This document shows positions 1-9,859 of a stretch of 64,000 bases of DNA, piece by piece; the stretch's first letter is position 1, and the number at the start of each line of letters is the position of its first letter. This DNA comes from a virus. The notes under the pieces are model-generated. The model was given only the letters and a program-made list of their open reading frames with translations, had not been told where the DNA came from and made no database searches. The stretch is taken from the IMG/VR virus record IMGVR_UViG_3300008261_000018, positions 21,175 through 85,174 of that record; one strand, given 5' to 3'. Both the position numbers and the translations under genes were made by a program.

Positions 1-153
1 GAAATGATGAAGGGCGGCACCATGCTGGCTCGCCGTCTCCTGGAAGAACTCTCTGCCTACCGCAGCGAGCAGGGCGCACGAGACGTGCTCAGCGACGCCC
101 TCGAGCTCCTTGACGATCCCTGGCAGCGCGATAGCTCCGAGGAGGAGGCATGA
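1..153 (+). CDS. hypothetical protein, 3' end only (truncated by window edge)
   Basis: Frame 1 is open from base 1 to TGA at 151-153 (…DALELLDDPWQRDSSEEEA*), with an ATGA overlap onto the next ORF. Confidence 0.7.
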   Translation, partial: EMMKGGTMLARRLLEELSAYRSEQGARDVLSDALELLDDPWQRDSSEEEA

Positions 154-359
154 CCCCTCTGCGCTTGTTCCGTCAGTGGCGACTGATCACCGATCTCGCC
201 AGCCAGAAGCGTCGCGCTCAACGTGATCTTGACGGCATGCTCGTTGGCCTAGAAGGCAGGCACTATGAGATCACAGCAGAAGGAATGCGCTGGTCACTCA
301 CAATTTCTACACAATCTCCAGCTGCTCTAACTGTCGAAGCACTCGGTACTATTGAATAG
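150..359 (+). CDS. hypothetical protein
   Basis: 69-aa ORF, ATGA-coupled to the upstream gene, GGAGG upstream. Confidence 0.6.
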   Translation: MTPLRLFRQWRLITDLASQKRRAQRDLDGMLVGLEGRHYEITAEGMRWSLTISTQSPAALTVEALGTIE

Positions 360-383
360 TTCTGGATTGCCATAGAGCTGGGC

Positions 384-518
384 ATGCTCTTTGTCGATCT
401 CCCTGTTGATGCCAGCCACTGCTCGGACTATGCGGTGGGCTACGACTGGCCTCTCACCTGCAAGCCAAGGGTCCCGTCGAGGACGTTCGGTAGCTCCTGG
501 GTCGTTGTTCCTGTCTGA
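384..518 (+). CDS. small hypothetical protein (44 aa)
   Basis: MLFVDLPVDASHCSDYAVGYDW…; fills the gap before a terminator; not in the ORF track. Confidence 0.3.
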   Translation: MLFVDLPVDASHCSDYAVGYDWPLTCKPRVPSRTFGSSWVVVPV

Positions 519-560
519 CCGAACGCAAGGTCGACATGGCTTCCAGAATTGTCGCGCTTG

Positions 561-585
561 CCCCGGAAGCCCTCCGGGGTTTTCT
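561..585 (+). terminator. rho-independent terminator
   Basis: CCCCGGA-agccc-TCCGGGG followed by TTTTCT. Confidence 0.7.
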
Positions 586-650
586 ATTGCTTGGCACTCT
601 TTGATACAGACAAGTTGCTCTTCGTTACATTGGATCAAAGCTGTTGATTC

Positions 651-1418
651 ATGCCCGCGCCAACGCGCTTTGAGGTCAACGGCGAACGCCATTACGCCAC
701 CGATAGGCCAGGCAAGGCCTATCCATCGGTCACCACCATCCTTGGCAAGACGGCATCAGCCCATGCCAAGAAGATGCTCAGCAACTGGAACGCCAAGAAC
801 CCAGGCGGCAAGGAGGCTGCAGCCGCTCGTGGTACGGCCATCCACGCTGCCTGCGAGAACTACATTCGTGGCTTGCCCGTTAATGTCCCTGAGGCATACC
901 TCCCATTTTGGGAGGGGCTCAGTCAGCACCTCGATCGCTACGACTACTTCCTGTGGTCCGAAAAGCCGCTCAAGCCTGAATGGAAATTCTGCACTGGCGA
1001 GGACGGGATCTCTCGCGTCTGGTCGCACGAGTACGGCTTCTGCGGCTGCCCCGACCTGATCGGAGTCCGCAACAACGTCATCATCCTGGGCGACTTCAAG
1101 ACTTCCAACCAGCCCTATTGCCGCTACTTCCCCAAGGAAACCGATCGCTCCAACTTCACTGGCTGGAGCAAGATGAACAAATGCGGCTTGCAGCTCGCTG
1201 CTTACGCCCTGGCCGTTGAAGAGACCCTCGGTCTGCACGTCGACTGCGCTCAGATCCTGGTCAGTACACCCGAGATCGATCAGAACTTCTTCATCCACGG
1301 CGACGAGCTTGCACGCTTTCGCATTCGCTGGCTACAGAAGGTCCGCCACTACCGCGAACTCAAGGAGCTTGAGGCTCTCGCGCCTGAACAAGCAGAGCAA
1401 GAAGCTGTTCCTGCCTAG
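651..1418 (+). CDS. PD-(D/E)XK exonuclease (Cas4/RecB-like phage nuclease)
   Basis: YPSVTTILG, RGTAIHAACE, GCPDLIG…DFKTS and QLAAYALA motifs. Confidence 0.85.
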   Translation: MPAPTRFEVNGERHYATDRPGKAYPSVTTILGKTASAHAKKMLSNWNAKNPGGKEAAAARGTAIHAACENYIRGLPVNVPEAYLPFWEGLSQHLDRYDYFLWSEKPLKPEWKFCTGEDGISRVWSHEYGFCGCPDLIGVRNNVIILGDFKTSNQPYCRYFPKETDRSNFTGWSKMNKCGLQLAAYALAVEETLGLHVDCAQILVSTPEIDQNFFIHGDELARFRIRWLQKVRHYRELKELEALAPEQAEQEAVPA

Positions 1419-1442
1419 GCTGTAACCAACAGCGGCATCTAT

Positions 1443-1757
1443 ATGCTGTCAACTCGTGTTCGCCTTAAGGCTGAATTTATCTGCGCTCGCATCGCCAAGC
1501 GACAAGAAGTTCAGCTGGCGGACATGCAGTGGATCCAGAAGTGGGCCAAGAGCAACCACACTGTTGACTCCATGCTGCGCCGTGCGCGACGGCAGGCCAT
1601 CCATGGCGATGAACCGATGAGCGAACTCGACGCGTTCATGCAAGCCATGGACCTGGGGGATCCCGACCCAGCCAATCATCTCAACGGACCGCAGAGCCCC
1701 GTCAACTTGGCGGAGTGGTTCTCGGAAGAACGAAAGTGGTTCCAAGGCAATGACTGA
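1443..1757 (+). CDS. conserved cyanobacterial/cyanophage hypothetical protein
   Basis: MLSTxxRL…ICxRIA…V.L.DM.W..K…LDxFMQAMDLGDPDP pattern recalled from cyanophage genomes. Confidence 0.75.
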   Translation: MLSTRVRLKAEFICARIAKRQEVQLADMQWIQKWAKSNHTVDSMLRRARRQAIHGDEPMSELDAFMQAMDLGDPDPANHLNGPQSPVNLAEWFSEERKWFQGND

Positions 1758-1938
1758 CTCCACCCAGCTCCTCACCGAAGCGCTCCGGCTCCTGGCCACG
1801 CTCGAGGATCTGATGACGACAGCCGACATCCTGGGCGATACGGTCGGCTACCACCGGTATCGCGATGCCGTTCACAACGCCAAGATCCGCTACGCCCGCC
1901 GGCATCGGCGCTACATCAACGAGCGTCAGCAGGCATAA
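1750..1938 (+). CDS. hypothetical protein
   Basis: 62 aa; overlaps the upstream stop and is followed by a terminator. Confidence 0.7.
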   Translation: MTDSTQLLTEALRLLATLEDLMTTADILGDTVGYHRYRDAVHNAKIRYARRHRRYINERQQA

Positions 1939-1967
1939 AAAAAGCTCCCGCTGCGGTGGGAGCTTTG
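1937..1967. terminator. bidirectional terminator between convergent genes
   Basis: A7-AAAGCTCCC…GGGAGCTTT hairpin between the stops at 1938 (+) and 1995 (-). Confidence 0.7.
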
Positions 1968-1994
1968 TCCTTTCTCGTCTTGCAGACTAGCAGC

Positions 1995-2651
1995 TCAGGC
2001 AGCCACTGGCCCCCGCTTTTCAAACGCTTGTCGCACTGCATCAGACGCATAGCCGGTCACCAGGGCAAAACCCTCGACCATCTCGTCGTCATAGATGCCC
2101 TCGGTGGCCAACAGGTTCAGGGCCGACAGCGTCAGACCCAAGCGTTCGCGGATCGCATCGCTCACGCCCGCCTGCTTCAGAGCCACGATCGGCCAGGTGT
2201 ACGGCGCTGATGCGGCAGGTGCATTCTCGTCGCCGGCCATCTTGAGAGCCGCTTCGTGCATGGACTTCATCAGGGCAGGCAGGTCCTGCTGCCCGGCGCT
2301 GCTGCGAATCCAGCTCTCGACGTCTGAGAGGGACACACCGGTCAGATACTCGCCGGTCTCGTAGTACGCCACCAACGCGTCGAGGGTCACGCCCAGCTCC
2401 TTGGCCAGGTGCCGCTGGATACCCAGTCCAACTTTGAACGGCGGCACCACCTGCTTGAGGTATTTCGTCATGGTGCCGATCGTTATACCGATCCGCTCAC
2501 TCAGCTCCCGCTGGGAATAGTTGTTGAGCGTCAGAGCTTGCAGCAGCGCTCGCTTGAAGCGCTCTGTATGCAGCTGGTCTTCCTGACCCCTGAGAACGGA
2601 TGCACTGTCCATAATCGATTCACGGTCTTTGGCTTGCAGTGCGGCAACCAT
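1995..2651 (-). CDS. XRE/CI-like helix-turn-helix repressor
   Basis: YSQRELSERIGITIGTMTKYLK HTH and LAKELGVTLDAL; divergent from the primase; start uncertain (2651 or 2612). Confidence 0.75.
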   Translation of the reverse strand: MVAALQAKDRESIMDSASVLRGQEDQLHTERFKRALLQALTLNNYSQRELSERIGITIGTMTKYLKQVVPPFKVGLGIQRHLAKELGVTLDALVAYYETGEYLTGVSLSDVESWIRSSAGQQDLPALMKSMHEAALKMAGDENAPAASAPYTWPIVALKQAGVSDAIRERLGLTLSALNLLATEGIYDDEMVEGFALVTGYASDAVRQAFEKRGPVAA

Positions 2652-2858
2652 AGGTCGTCGAAATGGCCAAATGGGCAGGCTTTCGATTTGGTCCAGATTC
2701 GTGGACTGCGTCACTGTAAGACCCGTCGGCACTGCAGGCGGCACGTAAGAATCCCTGCACTGCAAGCGCTTTTACGAAATCTTGACGCTGCAGCTTGACG
2801 CCCGTGGCATCATCTGCGTGCGACACGGCGTGCATGGTGCGCGCCAGAATCGCCATTT

Positions 2859-5327
2859 ATGCCTCACACGTCCCGCACTATGACGCTGATTTTCTGCACG
2901 CACCCGGCCATCAAGAACAAGCCGGAGCACTGGGATCCAGCCTTCGCCTCTAACTGGCAGGTCCAGAGCGCCGACCTCGAAGCCCTCAAAGAACACGTTG
3001 CCGCTGGCGGCGCCTTCATTCCAGCGGGCATGACCTCCGCGCATCGCAGCAGCAGCGCATTTGATGCAGCCGACCTCGCCGTTGTCGACATCGACAGCGG
3101 TCTGAGCACCGAGGACTTTCTCGCCCACCCACTCGCACCCTCCGCCTGCTGGGCCTACACGACAGCGAGTCACGCGCCAGAACAGGGCAAGCACCGCTTC
3201 CGTGCTGCCTTCCGGCTCCCGACCCGCCTGCACGATCCTGACCTCTACAAGGCGGTCATCACGCTGCTGTCCCGTGCACTCGGTGGCGACAAGAGCTGCA
3301 CTGACCCCTGCCGCCTGTTCTATGGCAACGACCAATGCACTCATTTGCTTTGGCAGCCGGATGCAGTACTGCCGTTTGAGCTGATCGATGACGCTCAGCG
3401 GGAAGCAGAGCGCCAGCGCCGGCACTACGACCGGCAGACCGCTGACTACGACGAGATCTCGATTGACCGAGCAATCTTTTGCCTCGAGCAGATCATCGAA
3501 CCCACCAACGATGGCGAGCGAGACCGCTTCATCAAAGTCACCGCTGCCGCTCGTTCGGCCGGGGACCGTCTCTTTACCGCCTGGTCCGACTGGGCCTCGC
3601 GCGGTCACCACGGCAAAGGCAAGAACTCCCGCCAAACCTCAGAGAGATTCTTTCGCGGCCTGAACGGCACATCACTCGGCAGCCTGTTCTATCTCGCCAG
3701 CGAGGACGACCCCGACTGGCGCGACAAGCTGCCTGAGGAACTGCGCTCCAGTGGCGGCGAAAGCAAGCTCGGCATCTTCGGTGACGCCTTCGCTGGCTAT
3801 GCCCATGAGGACTTCCTTGGCGAACCCGAGGAGCTGCCGCCCGACGAGGAGACCATGTCGCTCTTCGATGCCGAGCGGCCCTGGACTCGGATCGCTGTGG
3901 TTCAGCAACAGGGCGCTTCCGCCGCAGTGGTAGACGCCCCGCCCCGCATTCAGCACGTTGCCGCGCCCGAGCTCGATGAGGATTACGACGACGACTACGA
4001 CGACGAACTTGGCGCCGATGACGACATGTTCAACCCGCCTCTTGCCGCCGGGCGAGGCAACCTTGACCGGCAGGGGGGCGGACGCCCTGCAGCCGGTGCT
4101 GACCAAGACCAGATCGACCTGATCCGCACCCGTCTTACGCGCCTCTACCCAGGGCTCAGGCTCAATGCCATGAACCAGGAGATGGAGTTCGGCCCCAAAG
4201 AGAACCCCCAGCAGGTCCACGACATCACAACCGCCTACGTCCGAATCTCTCGGGGGCTGCAGCGCGTCCTCCCAAAGATGCTCACGCACGACACCGCCAG
4301 CATCATTGCCTACGAGAACCGCTATCACCCCGTCCGCAGTTACCTCGAGCACTGCGCGTCCTCGGCGGCCCCCTGCCCGTACTTCGACCGACTGGCCTCT
4401 GAGCTGCTTGGCCTGCCGCCCAATGAGATCGACAATCCACGCATGCCCAATGGCAACCTCGTTGCCGACGAGGTCATGCGTCGCTTCTTGATCGGCGCTG
4501 TGGCCAGGGTCTTCCAGCCCGGCTGCACCCATGACTGGATGCCTGTCCTGATCGGTCCGCAGAACGCAGGCAAGACAACCTTCTATCAGTACCTGACACC
4601 GCCCAGCCCGAACGACCCGGGCAGCTATCCATGGGTGACAACCATGCAGCAAGGCATCAGCTACATCAAGGACAAGCCCCACGTCCTGCACTGCGGCTGG
4701 GTTGTCGTCCTCGATGAAGTGGAGCGCTACTTCAAGCGAGCCACCACCGAGGAACTCAAGAACATCGTCTCGGTCAGCAACGATCGCTCTGCCAGGAAGT
4801 ACGAGAACGAACGGTCCTTCCAGCGCGCCTTCGTCCTGGCCGGTGCCACCAACAGCAACGACTTCCTGGTGGATCCCACCGGCAACCGTCGCTTCATGCC
4901 GATCGTCGTGACCGGCAAGGTGCCGAGCCGCGAGAACCCCAAGATCAAGATCATCGACCTTGACCGCCTCAAGGCCGACCGCGACGCCATCTGGTCAGCG
5001 GCTTACCAGGCGTACCTCGATAACCCGGTCCATACCTTCTCCAGCTACGAGCTCTCCCACATTGCCGAGTACGTGGATTGCTTCACCCGCGACAACCCCG
5101 TCGATGATCCATTGGCTCGCGTCCTGGAGCGTAATCACAGCGGCTACCACCAGGGCCAGGTCTACTGGTGCCTCGCCGATATCTTCAAGTGGCTGGAGAT
5201 CTCGATCCGCGACCAGTCATCCATGACCATGGCGATCACCGATTCCCTTAAGCGCTCCGGCCACAAGCAACGTCGTTGCCGCATCGGCGGGCGGGTCCGC
5301 AGGATCTGGGTCAAGGGCGAAGACTGA
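2859..5327 (+). CDS. DNA primase-helicase (AEP-like primase, PriCT-2-like region, VirE/VapE P-loop ATPase)
   Basis: VVDID, YTTASH and HRFR primase motifs; Walker A GPQNAGKTT, Walker B VVLDE, DPTGNRRF typical of the VirE family. Confidence 0.9.
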   Translation: MPHTSRTMTLIFCTHPAIKNKPEHWDPAFASNWQVQSADLEALKEHVAAGGAFIPAGMTSAHRSSSAFDAADLAVVDIDSGLSTEDFLAHPLAPSACWAYTTASHAPEQGKHRFRAAFRLPTRLHDPDLYKAVITLLSRALGGDKSCTDPCRLFYGNDQCTHLLWQPDAVLPFELIDDAQREAERQRRHYDRQTADYDEISIDRAIFCLEQIIEPTNDGERDRFIKVTAAARSAGDRLFTAWSDWASRGHHGKGKNSRQTSERFFRGLNGTSLGSLFYLASEDDPDWRDKLPEELRSSGGESKLGIFGDAFAGYAHEDFLGEPEELPPDEETMSLFDAERPWTRIAVVQQQGASAAVVDAPPRIQHVAAPELDEDYDDDYDDELGADDDMFNPPLAAGRGNLDRQGGGRPAAGADQDQIDLIRTRLTRLYPGLRLNAMNQEMEFGPKENPQQVHDITTAYVRISRGLQRVLPKMLTHDTASIIAYENRYHPVRSYLEHCASSAAPCPYFDRLASELLGLPPNEIDNPRMPNGNLVADEVMRRFLIGAVARVFQPGCTHDWMPVLIGPQNAGKTTFYQYLTPPSPNDPGSYPWVTTMQQGISYIKDKPHVLHCGWVVVLDEVERYFKRATTEELKNIVSVSNDRSARKYENERSFQRAFVLAGATNSNDFLVDPTGNRRFMPIVVTGKVPSRENPKIKIIDLDRLKADRDAIWSAAYQAYLDNPVHTFSSYELSHIAEYVDCFTRDNPVDDPLARVLERNHSGYHQGQVYWCLADIFKWLEISIRDQSSMTMAITDSLKRSGHKQRRCRIGGRVRRIWVKGED

Positions 5328-5373
5328 GTCCCGCAATGAGACCAGTCTCGATCTGGTCTAACTTGATACGCCT

Positions 5374-5399
5374 GCCGCTCCAGTGAGGGCGGCTTTTTT
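5374..5399 (+). terminator. rho-independent terminator
   Basis: GCCGCTC…GGGCGGC + TTTTTT after the primase stop. Confidence 0.7.
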
Positions 5400-5760
5400 G
5401 TGCTTGCTCGTCACGGGGTCACGCCATCAGGAAGACCTGGCGTCACGCTGCATCCCTTGCAGCAAAGTGAGTCTTAGCCCGTGCCGGGGCGTGCTAGGCG
5501 ATTTCTACCCCCTCTTTATTTGATGAGGCGCGACTCTCCCGCTTTATCTCCCTGCTTTTCCCACTTCACGTCGTTCTCGCTACGATGACTCGTGACATCG
5601 GTATGGGTTTTCTTGGTTGTCCCTCTAAACCAAGAAAGGGGAGGAATTTAATTTAGAAGTTGTAGAAATAGCCTGTCACCCCGTACACCCCGTCAGTCTC
5701 ATTCCAGCGCAATGGATTTGCACGTACCGGGGTCTGGCACACCTGCGAGACGCCGTGACA
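5400..5760. other. candidate replication origin
   Basis: Non-coding gap after the primase-helicase with repeated GTCAC(G)/CGTGAC in both orientations and an AT-rich patch (GAATTTAATTTAGAA). Confidence 0.4.
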
Positions 5761-5819
5761 CAGTCTTGCAAAAAGCAAGACAGGGCCTACGATCTGTGCG
5801 ACGTACGCTTCATAGGGCC

Positions 5820-6128
5820 GTGCCTCAGCTGTCTCAAGGCCAGTCTCATCCGCTCTACAAACAAGACAGGGCGATCATTGATCAACTGCTCCAGGCGCCC
5901 ACCCCCGACGCTCAGCACTGCACCGACGCCGGGCGGCTCATGATTCGCTACGACGGCTACCCCGGCTGCTACGACATCCAGCAGGACCTGCAGCGCTGCC
6001 TCGCTCGCTGGCAGATGTCGCGCGATGACCTCAACCGCCGCTGCCGCTCCCTCTGGGCTGGCGGCTGGCGTCCCGCCATCGTCGATGCCATAGAGGTCGG
6101 CTCAGGCGCCGACGTCAACGCCGCCTGA
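5820..6128 (+). CDS. DUF3288 family cyanobacterial protein
   Basis: QSHPLYKQDRAIID.LL…RL.IRY.GYPG..DIQ.DL…W.MSR..LN.R.R.LW pattern; GTG start inferred. Confidence 0.8.
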   Translation: MPQLSQGQSHPLYKQDRAIIDQLLQAPTPDAQHCTDAGRLMIRYDGYPGCYDIQQDLQRCLARWQMSRDDLNRRCRSLWAGGWRPAIVDAIEVGSGADVNAA

Positions 6129-6335
6129 TCAGCGACGCTCCAGCTCTCGCAGCCGAATTTCGTGGTCACCGACGCGGCCTTCCAGGCCCTGGATGTCCTT
6201 TGACAGGTCGGTCCGCAGCATCTGCACTTCGCGCAAGATTGCATCCATGCCGCGCTGCATCTTGCCTTGTTCAAAGGCCATGCGCCAAAGCGCACCTACT
6301 GCAGCAACGCCGATCACGGCTGCGACTTCGACCAC
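6129..6335 (-). CDS. small membrane/coiled-coil protein
   Basis: N-terminal hydrophobic helix and C-terminal DHEIRLRELE; TATACT 25 nt upstream. Confidence 0.7.
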   Translation of the reverse strand: MVEVAAVIGVAAVGALWRMAFEQGKMQRGMDAILREVQMLRTDLSKDIQGLEGRVGDHEIRLRELERR

Positions 6336-6403
6336 GCCACGGCGTCAGAGGCTCTCACTAAGTATAGAAATCTCCGTCTCATTCACGTCTCACATAAGCC
6401 ACG

Positions 6404-6952
6404 ATGGACAACCTCAAACCACCCCGTCCGCCCAAGCACTGGGACCAGCGCTTTCTTGTCATCGCCTCTCACGTTGCCGGCTGGTCGAAAGACCCCAGCA
6501 CCAAAGTTGGTGCCGTCGCAGTTCGTGATCGCCGCATCCTGGCGACCGGCTTCAACGGCCTCCCGGTCGGGGTTGCCGATAGCGAGACACGTCTCATGAA
6601 TCGAGACATCCGTCTCAGCATGACCACCCATGCCGAGATGAACTGCATTGCCTACGCCGCCCGGAACGGCGTTTGCCTCGCTGGCGCCACGATGTACGTC
6701 TGGCCGCTCATGACCTGCGCTACCTGCGCGGCCATGCTCATCCAGGCCGACATCACCAAAGTCGTTGTCCCCGATTTTGTCGAGCCCCTCCGCTGGCAGG
6801 AGAGCTTTGGCCTAGCCCGCGAGATGTTCATCGAGGCCGGCGTTGCCGTGCATCGCATCCCCATCAAGGGCCCGATCAACCCGATCATCGAGGAAGACGG
6901 CGATCACGCCGACGAGCTTGAGTCGTTGGGCTTGCAATGTCTTGCAGAGTGA
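6404..6952 (+). CDS. dCMP deaminase
   Basis: WSKDPSTKVGAV, TGFNGLP, HAEMN and CATCA zinc motifs. Confidence 0.92.
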   Translation: MDNLKPPRPPKHWDQRFLVIASHVAGWSKDPSTKVGAVAVRDRRILATGFNGLPVGVADSETRLMNRDIRLSMTTHAEMNCIAYAARNGVCLAGATMYVWPLMTCATCAAMLIQADITKVVVPDFVEPLRWQESFGLAREMFIEAGVAVHRIPIKGPINPIIEEDGDHADELESLGLQCLAE

Positions 6953-6983
6953 CTACCGTGGCGTGCGTTGATCACTCCTTGGT

Positions 6984-7232
6984 ATGGCTTCTCTCCGTCT
7001 TGGGGAGCGCGTCACGCATGCAGTTGATGGGCGCAGTGCTCTGATCATCGGCAAGGCCGAGGCCGCTGGCTGGAACCGCGCCCTGATCCTGGTCGCCATT
7101 GAAGGCAGTACACGCAATGAGTACTGGCCCTTGCGTCACGTCGTCTCGCGTCCCAAGCGAGAACAGGTGCCCGCCTTGGGTGGTCGCTTTCAACCACCCA
7201 AGGGCTTTCCCTTGATTCCTGCTGCAGCTTAA
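6984..7232 (+). CDS. hypothetical protein
   Basis: 82-aa ORF in operon context. Confidence 0.65.
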   Translation: MASLRLGERVTHAVDGRSALIIGKAEAAGWNRALILVAIEGSTRNEYWPLRHVVSRPKREQVPALGGRFQPPKGFPLIPAAA

Positions 7233-7234
7233 TC

Positions 7235-7528
7235 ATGAGCAAACCCAAAGCGCCGACGCTTCAGATCGGCGATCGCGTTCGCGAGCGCGACTCACTCAAG
7301 ATGTTCATTGCCAAGCCCACCTCTCCGGGGTTCGCGATTGCGCGCGACATCGTTAAATCCGAGCGTCGCGGTGAGATCGTCGCGATCGAGACGCGCAAGG
7401 CGGCGAACGGCAGCGCCTACACCTACGTCAGCGTTCTTTGGGACGGCGATCACCGCCCGAAAACCCATGCACGCCAGCGCATTGAGCTCGCTCCCGTTGA
7501 TTCGGCACCAGCCGATACATTGCTTTAA
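7235..7528 (+). CDS. hypothetical protein (SH3-like beta fold possible)
   Basis: LQIGDRVRER…GEIV…YVSVLWDG pattern. Confidence 0.7.
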   Translation: MSKPKAPTLQIGDRVRERDSLKMFIAKPTSPGFAIARDIVKSERRGEIVAIETRKAANGSAYTYVSVLWDGDHRPKTHARQRIELAPVDSAPADTLL

Positions 7529-7543
7529 GCATGCTTCTTTGCA

Positions 7544-8221
7544 ATGGGGCACTGGCAACTCCCTCCCAATCTTCACGCTCAGATTGAAGGGGGGCCCATT
7601 TGCCCTTTTGCTGATCATTCACTGGGCTCCCGCGACGGCCGCATCCCCCGCTATACCGATAGCCATGCCTGCGTCCGCTGCGTCAGCTCATTGACGGAAG
7701 GGCGCCTCAGCCTGGACGTCCATCGAATCCATAAGTCGTTTAGGCGCCGGTTCCTCGAGTTCTGGAGCTTCGTCGATATCGATGACCCCGAGGAGTGCTG
7801 GGAGTGGCGCGGGCTGATCCATTCCCGCCACGGCACGTCTTATTTCTCATTTCCGCGCTTCTGGACCAGCAATCAACAATGGAGCGCCCCGCGCGTTGCT
7901 GCCTGGCTGACGTGGGGTGACATCGGTCGACTACCCGTCAAGACCGTCTGCGGCAACCCCAACTGCTGTAACCCGCTGCACATCCGAGTCAGGGGCGTTC
8001 CCCACTACTTCCATAACCGCCACATCCAGGCCATCGATCTGGAGTTCAACTCTCACAAGCTCATCAACGAAACCCAGTCGTTCCTGCTAACCACGCGCGA
8101 TCGAGACCCCAAGCGCTTCGAGAAGCTGGAGAAAAGCAATAAGCTCTGGATCGAGTCACGCCTGAACTCAGACGGACCCGTCGATGTACGTGCGCTCGCT
8201 AAGCAAGAGGGAACGGAATAG
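7544..8221 (+). CDS. HNH_3-like endonuclease domain protein with N-terminal Cys/His module (catalytic His apparently lost)
   Basis: ECWEWRG…APRVAAWL…VKTVCGNPNCCNPLHI; N-terminal C-x3-D-H…RY…CVRC. Confidence 0.75.
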   Translation: MGHWQLPPNLHAQIEGGPICPFADHSLGSRDGRIPRYTDSHACVRCVSSLTEGRLSLDVHRIHKSFRRRFLEFWSFVDIDDPEECWEWRGLIHSRHGTSYFSFPRFWTSNQQWSAPRVAAWLTWGDIGRLPVKTVCGNPNCCNPLHIRVRGVPHYFHNRHIQAIDLEFNSHKLINETQSFLLTTRDRDPKRFEKLEKSNKLWIESRLNSDGPVDVRALAKQEGTE

Positions 8222-8269
8222 CGGCAGTTTCTATGATGAACGCATCACATACGGCCTCCTTCTTGCGTC

Positions 8270-9061
8270 ATGAGTAGCTGGGAAAAGGAACTCAGGGACA
8301 AGGCCAAGGCTCAGGCCGAGAAGGTGATCCGCAGGGCCGCCAGGGACGGCAAGATCACGAAGAAGGATTTCAGGGATGTCGCCGAGCGGACCTTCCCCCT
8401 CTCGGGTAGCGCCCTGAACAATACGTACATGGCGAACGAGATCGCCCGTGCGCTCAAGAAAGATCCCACCCTCCGAATTGGCAAGAAGTCAGCCGAGGTT
8501 ACAGGCGTCAGGCTGAACAAGCGCGGGCAGTTGACCCACGAATTCCCGGAAGACCGGACCGCAAATTTCAACGGCAATAGCAGCCCTGTCACCTTCCCCG
8601 GCCGAGGGGGCTACGACAAAGGATCTGCGAACTGGGTCCAAAACTCCAGGGGCTCGTACACCTACATCGGTGACATCCCCAGCCGCACCAAAAAAGAAGA
8701 AGACGCACCCGAGACTCCGGCCGGCACCGATGATCCCCCGCGCGATCCTTTCGCGGGATTGACCGGCGGCGAAAGCGGTAACGACACGAGCTCCGCCGGC
8801 GGCAACTCGAGCTCCGGCGGCTCCGGCAGCATCCACTTCAACCCCGGCGCTGACATGATCCAGGCCGTGGCGGATTACGGGAATGCCGCCACAGACGACT
8901 ATTTCAATCGCTTCCTGCCCGACCTTTACAACAGTGCCAACCTCCAGGCGCGCGAGGTTGGTGCGGCAGGAGCTTTCCATCTGGATCGCTTTGTTGGCAA
9001 AGTCCCTGAGTTGGGTGACGCCAAGGACATGTTTAAGTGGTATAAAAAAAGGATTGCCTGA
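8270..9061 (+). CDS. hypothetical protein
   Basis: 263-aa ORF with basic N-terminus and Gly/Ser linker. Confidence 0.75.
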   Translation: MSSWEKELRDKAKAQAEKVIRRAARDGKITKKDFRDVAERTFPLSGSALNNTYMANEIARALKKDPTLRIGKKSAEVTGVRLNKRGQLTHEFPEDRTANFNGNSSPVTFPGRGGYDKGSANWVQNSRGSYTYIGDIPSRTKKEEDAPETPAGTDDPPRDPFAGLTGGESGNDTSSAGGNSSSGGSGSIHFNPGADMIQAVADYGNAATDDYFNRFLPDLYNSANLQAREVGAAGAFHLDRFVGKVPELGDAKDMFKWYKKRIA

Positions 9062-9144
9062 TCCTGAAGATCAGCAATTACTGAGCGACAGGGCTTGCGC
9101 TGCGTAAGAGCACTCCCTACTCTCTGCTTACCTGCCCTCGCTGT

Positions 9145-9858
9145 TTGGCTGACCTGTTTCGCGCGAGAACCGTTGCGGCTACCGAGATGCCGCAACGCGT
9201 CGCCTACCTTGCGCTGCATACCGACTACTCCGAGGATTTCGCGCCGTCCACGGATCTCAGCGAGGATCGCTGCGGTGAGATCGTTGTTGAACGCTTACTC
9301 AAAGGGAACCGCGGTCATTACGGTCCTCTAGAGCACCCCTCGCTTTCACTGCTGATCTGCGCTGATCACAACACCATTGTCCAGATGCGAACCCATCGCA
9401 TCGGCATGAGCTTTGACGTTCAGTCGATGCGCTACACCGGCGAAAGGATTATGCGCGTCGCTCGCCGGGAAGTCTCACCCGAAGAGGTCTTTTACGTCAG
9501 GCAGCCCGGCATTTACTGGGATCGGCAAGGCGATCGCTACACATGGACCGCCGATGACGCCGAAGAATCTCTTGCTATCGCACTCTCTTCCGCCATCGAT
9601 TACGCCCGACTCCGCGACAAAGGCGTCTCCGAGGAGCACGCTCGGCAGGTCCTGGTGACCTCGTACTACCAGAACGCCATGGTCACCGGCAACCTGCGCT
9701 CATGGTTGCACATGCTTGACGTTCGCCTGAAGAGCGACGCGCAGTCTGAAATCCGCCAACTGATGGACCTTATCTCAACCGAAGTCCAGCGTTGGGCACC
9801 CGAGGTTTACTCCTGGTGGGCCAGCCATCGCAAAGGCAAGGCACAGCTGGCTCCTTGA
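9145..9858 (+). CDS. thyX: flavin-dependent thymidylate synthase
   Basis: GHYGPLEH, RTHRIGMSFDVQSMRY signature, NLRSWLH.LD.R…AQ.EIR. Confidence 0.95.
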   Translation: MADLFRARTVAATEMPQRVAYLALHTDYSEDFAPSTDLSEDRCGEIVVERLLKGNRGHYGPLEHPSLSLLICADHNTIVQMRTHRIGMSFDVQSMRYTGERIMRVARREVSPEEVFYVRQPGIYWDRQGDRYTWTADDAEESLAIALSSAIDYARLRDKGVSEEHARQVLVTSYYQNAMVTGNLRSWLHMLDVRLKSDAQSEIRQLMDLISTEVQRWAPEVYSWWASHRKGKAQLAP

Positions 9859-9859
9859 T

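Noticed and set aside
2772-4691. Long antisense ORFs (2772-3635, 3672-4691) and similar shadows across the window
   Set aside because: These are mirror frames of GC3-rich real genes with no independent motifs.
9040-9085. A7 slippery run at the end of the 8270-9061 gene
   Set aside because: The -1 frame closes after about 10 codons with no meaningful extension.
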